Shown here piece after piece: positions 63,669 to 64,000 of a DNA stretch of 64,000 nucleotides (positions within the stretch are counted from its first letter, which is position 1; the number at the start of each line of letters is the position of its first letter). A program made the position numbers and the translations under genes. This DNA comes from Haplodiscus bocki (Eukaryota). The DNA is taken from assembly GCA_965655095.1 (NCBI GenBank), contig OZ296658.1:18662001-18726000 (forward strand), given 5' to 3'. The notes under the pieces were generated by a model, which had not been told where the DNA came from, did not search any database, and was given only the letters and a program-made list of their open reading frames with translations.

Positions 63669-64000
63669 AGATTATGTAGAAGTAAAAGACAAAAGATATT
63701 TAAATCATCCTATTGAAAATCTAATTTTACGCAAATGAGATCCACCACCATCTCCTAGAATTCAATATCGAGTTGAAAATGAAACACAGATGAGAAAGAA
63801 TCAGAAAGTAATCAAAAATGAATATAATGAACTGATAGTTAAGAATTATCCTAAAATTAAACCGCTAATTATTCAAAAACAAAAATTTAAACCACCAAAT
63901 TGTCCAACTTGTAAACAAAACAATTGGTTAGAATTTCATAAAAGTTATTGTTGTCGAAATTGTGAATATATAATAAACAAACAAAAACATCAGATAGATA
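63667..64000 (+). pseudogene. Zinc-ribbon protein, incomplete at window end
   Basis: FKPPNCPTCKQNNWLEFHKSYCCRNCEYII; one internal stop. Confidence 0.5.

Larger units (their letters stand above)
52684..64000 (+). mobile_element. Polinton/Maverick (endogenous polintovirus), left portion, pseudogenised
   Basis: Starts AGTAGTA (Polinton-type terminus), abrupt shift to very AT-rich, gene-dense, intronless DNA; carries ATPase, penton, major capsid, protease and rve integrase hallmarks; runs off the window. Confidence 0.93.

Noticed and set aside
52684-64000. Active element, contaminating free virus, or a pPolB gene in the window
   Set aside because: All hallmark genes carry stops, frameshifts or catalytic substitutions and the element is joined to host DNA; no polymerase motifs were seen, so pPolB is presumably downstream.

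Overview
AT-rich, repeat-dominated animal (non-prokaryotic) genomic DNA with one 200-N scaffold gap (37033-37232). Only one host exon is convincing: a GT-AG-flanked TM3-TM4 exon of a GnRH/AKH/corazonin-type class A GPCR (49822-50033, +). From 52684 to the window end lies the left ~11.3 kb of a decayed Polinton/Maverick (endogenous polintovirus). It has an AGTAGT terminus, A32-like packaging ATPase, penton and major capsid genes fused by a deletion, an adenain-like protease, a fibre-like gene, an HNH endonuclease, an rve integrase and several small zinc-finger/membrane ORFs; pPolB is not in the window. Nearly all its ORFs start with TAAATG, the poxvirus late-promoter core. The rest is a layered fossil record: very degenerate BEL/Pao and Gypsy LTR retrotransposons (one with both LTRs), MITEs, minisatellites, and at least seven non-autonomous Helentron/DINE-1-like elements with co-varying subterminal inverted repeats and 3' hairpins. 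Two of these carry a tRNA-Glu-derived module ahead of an internal ~120-bp tandem array. All calls come from manual reading and motif recall; no database search was run.
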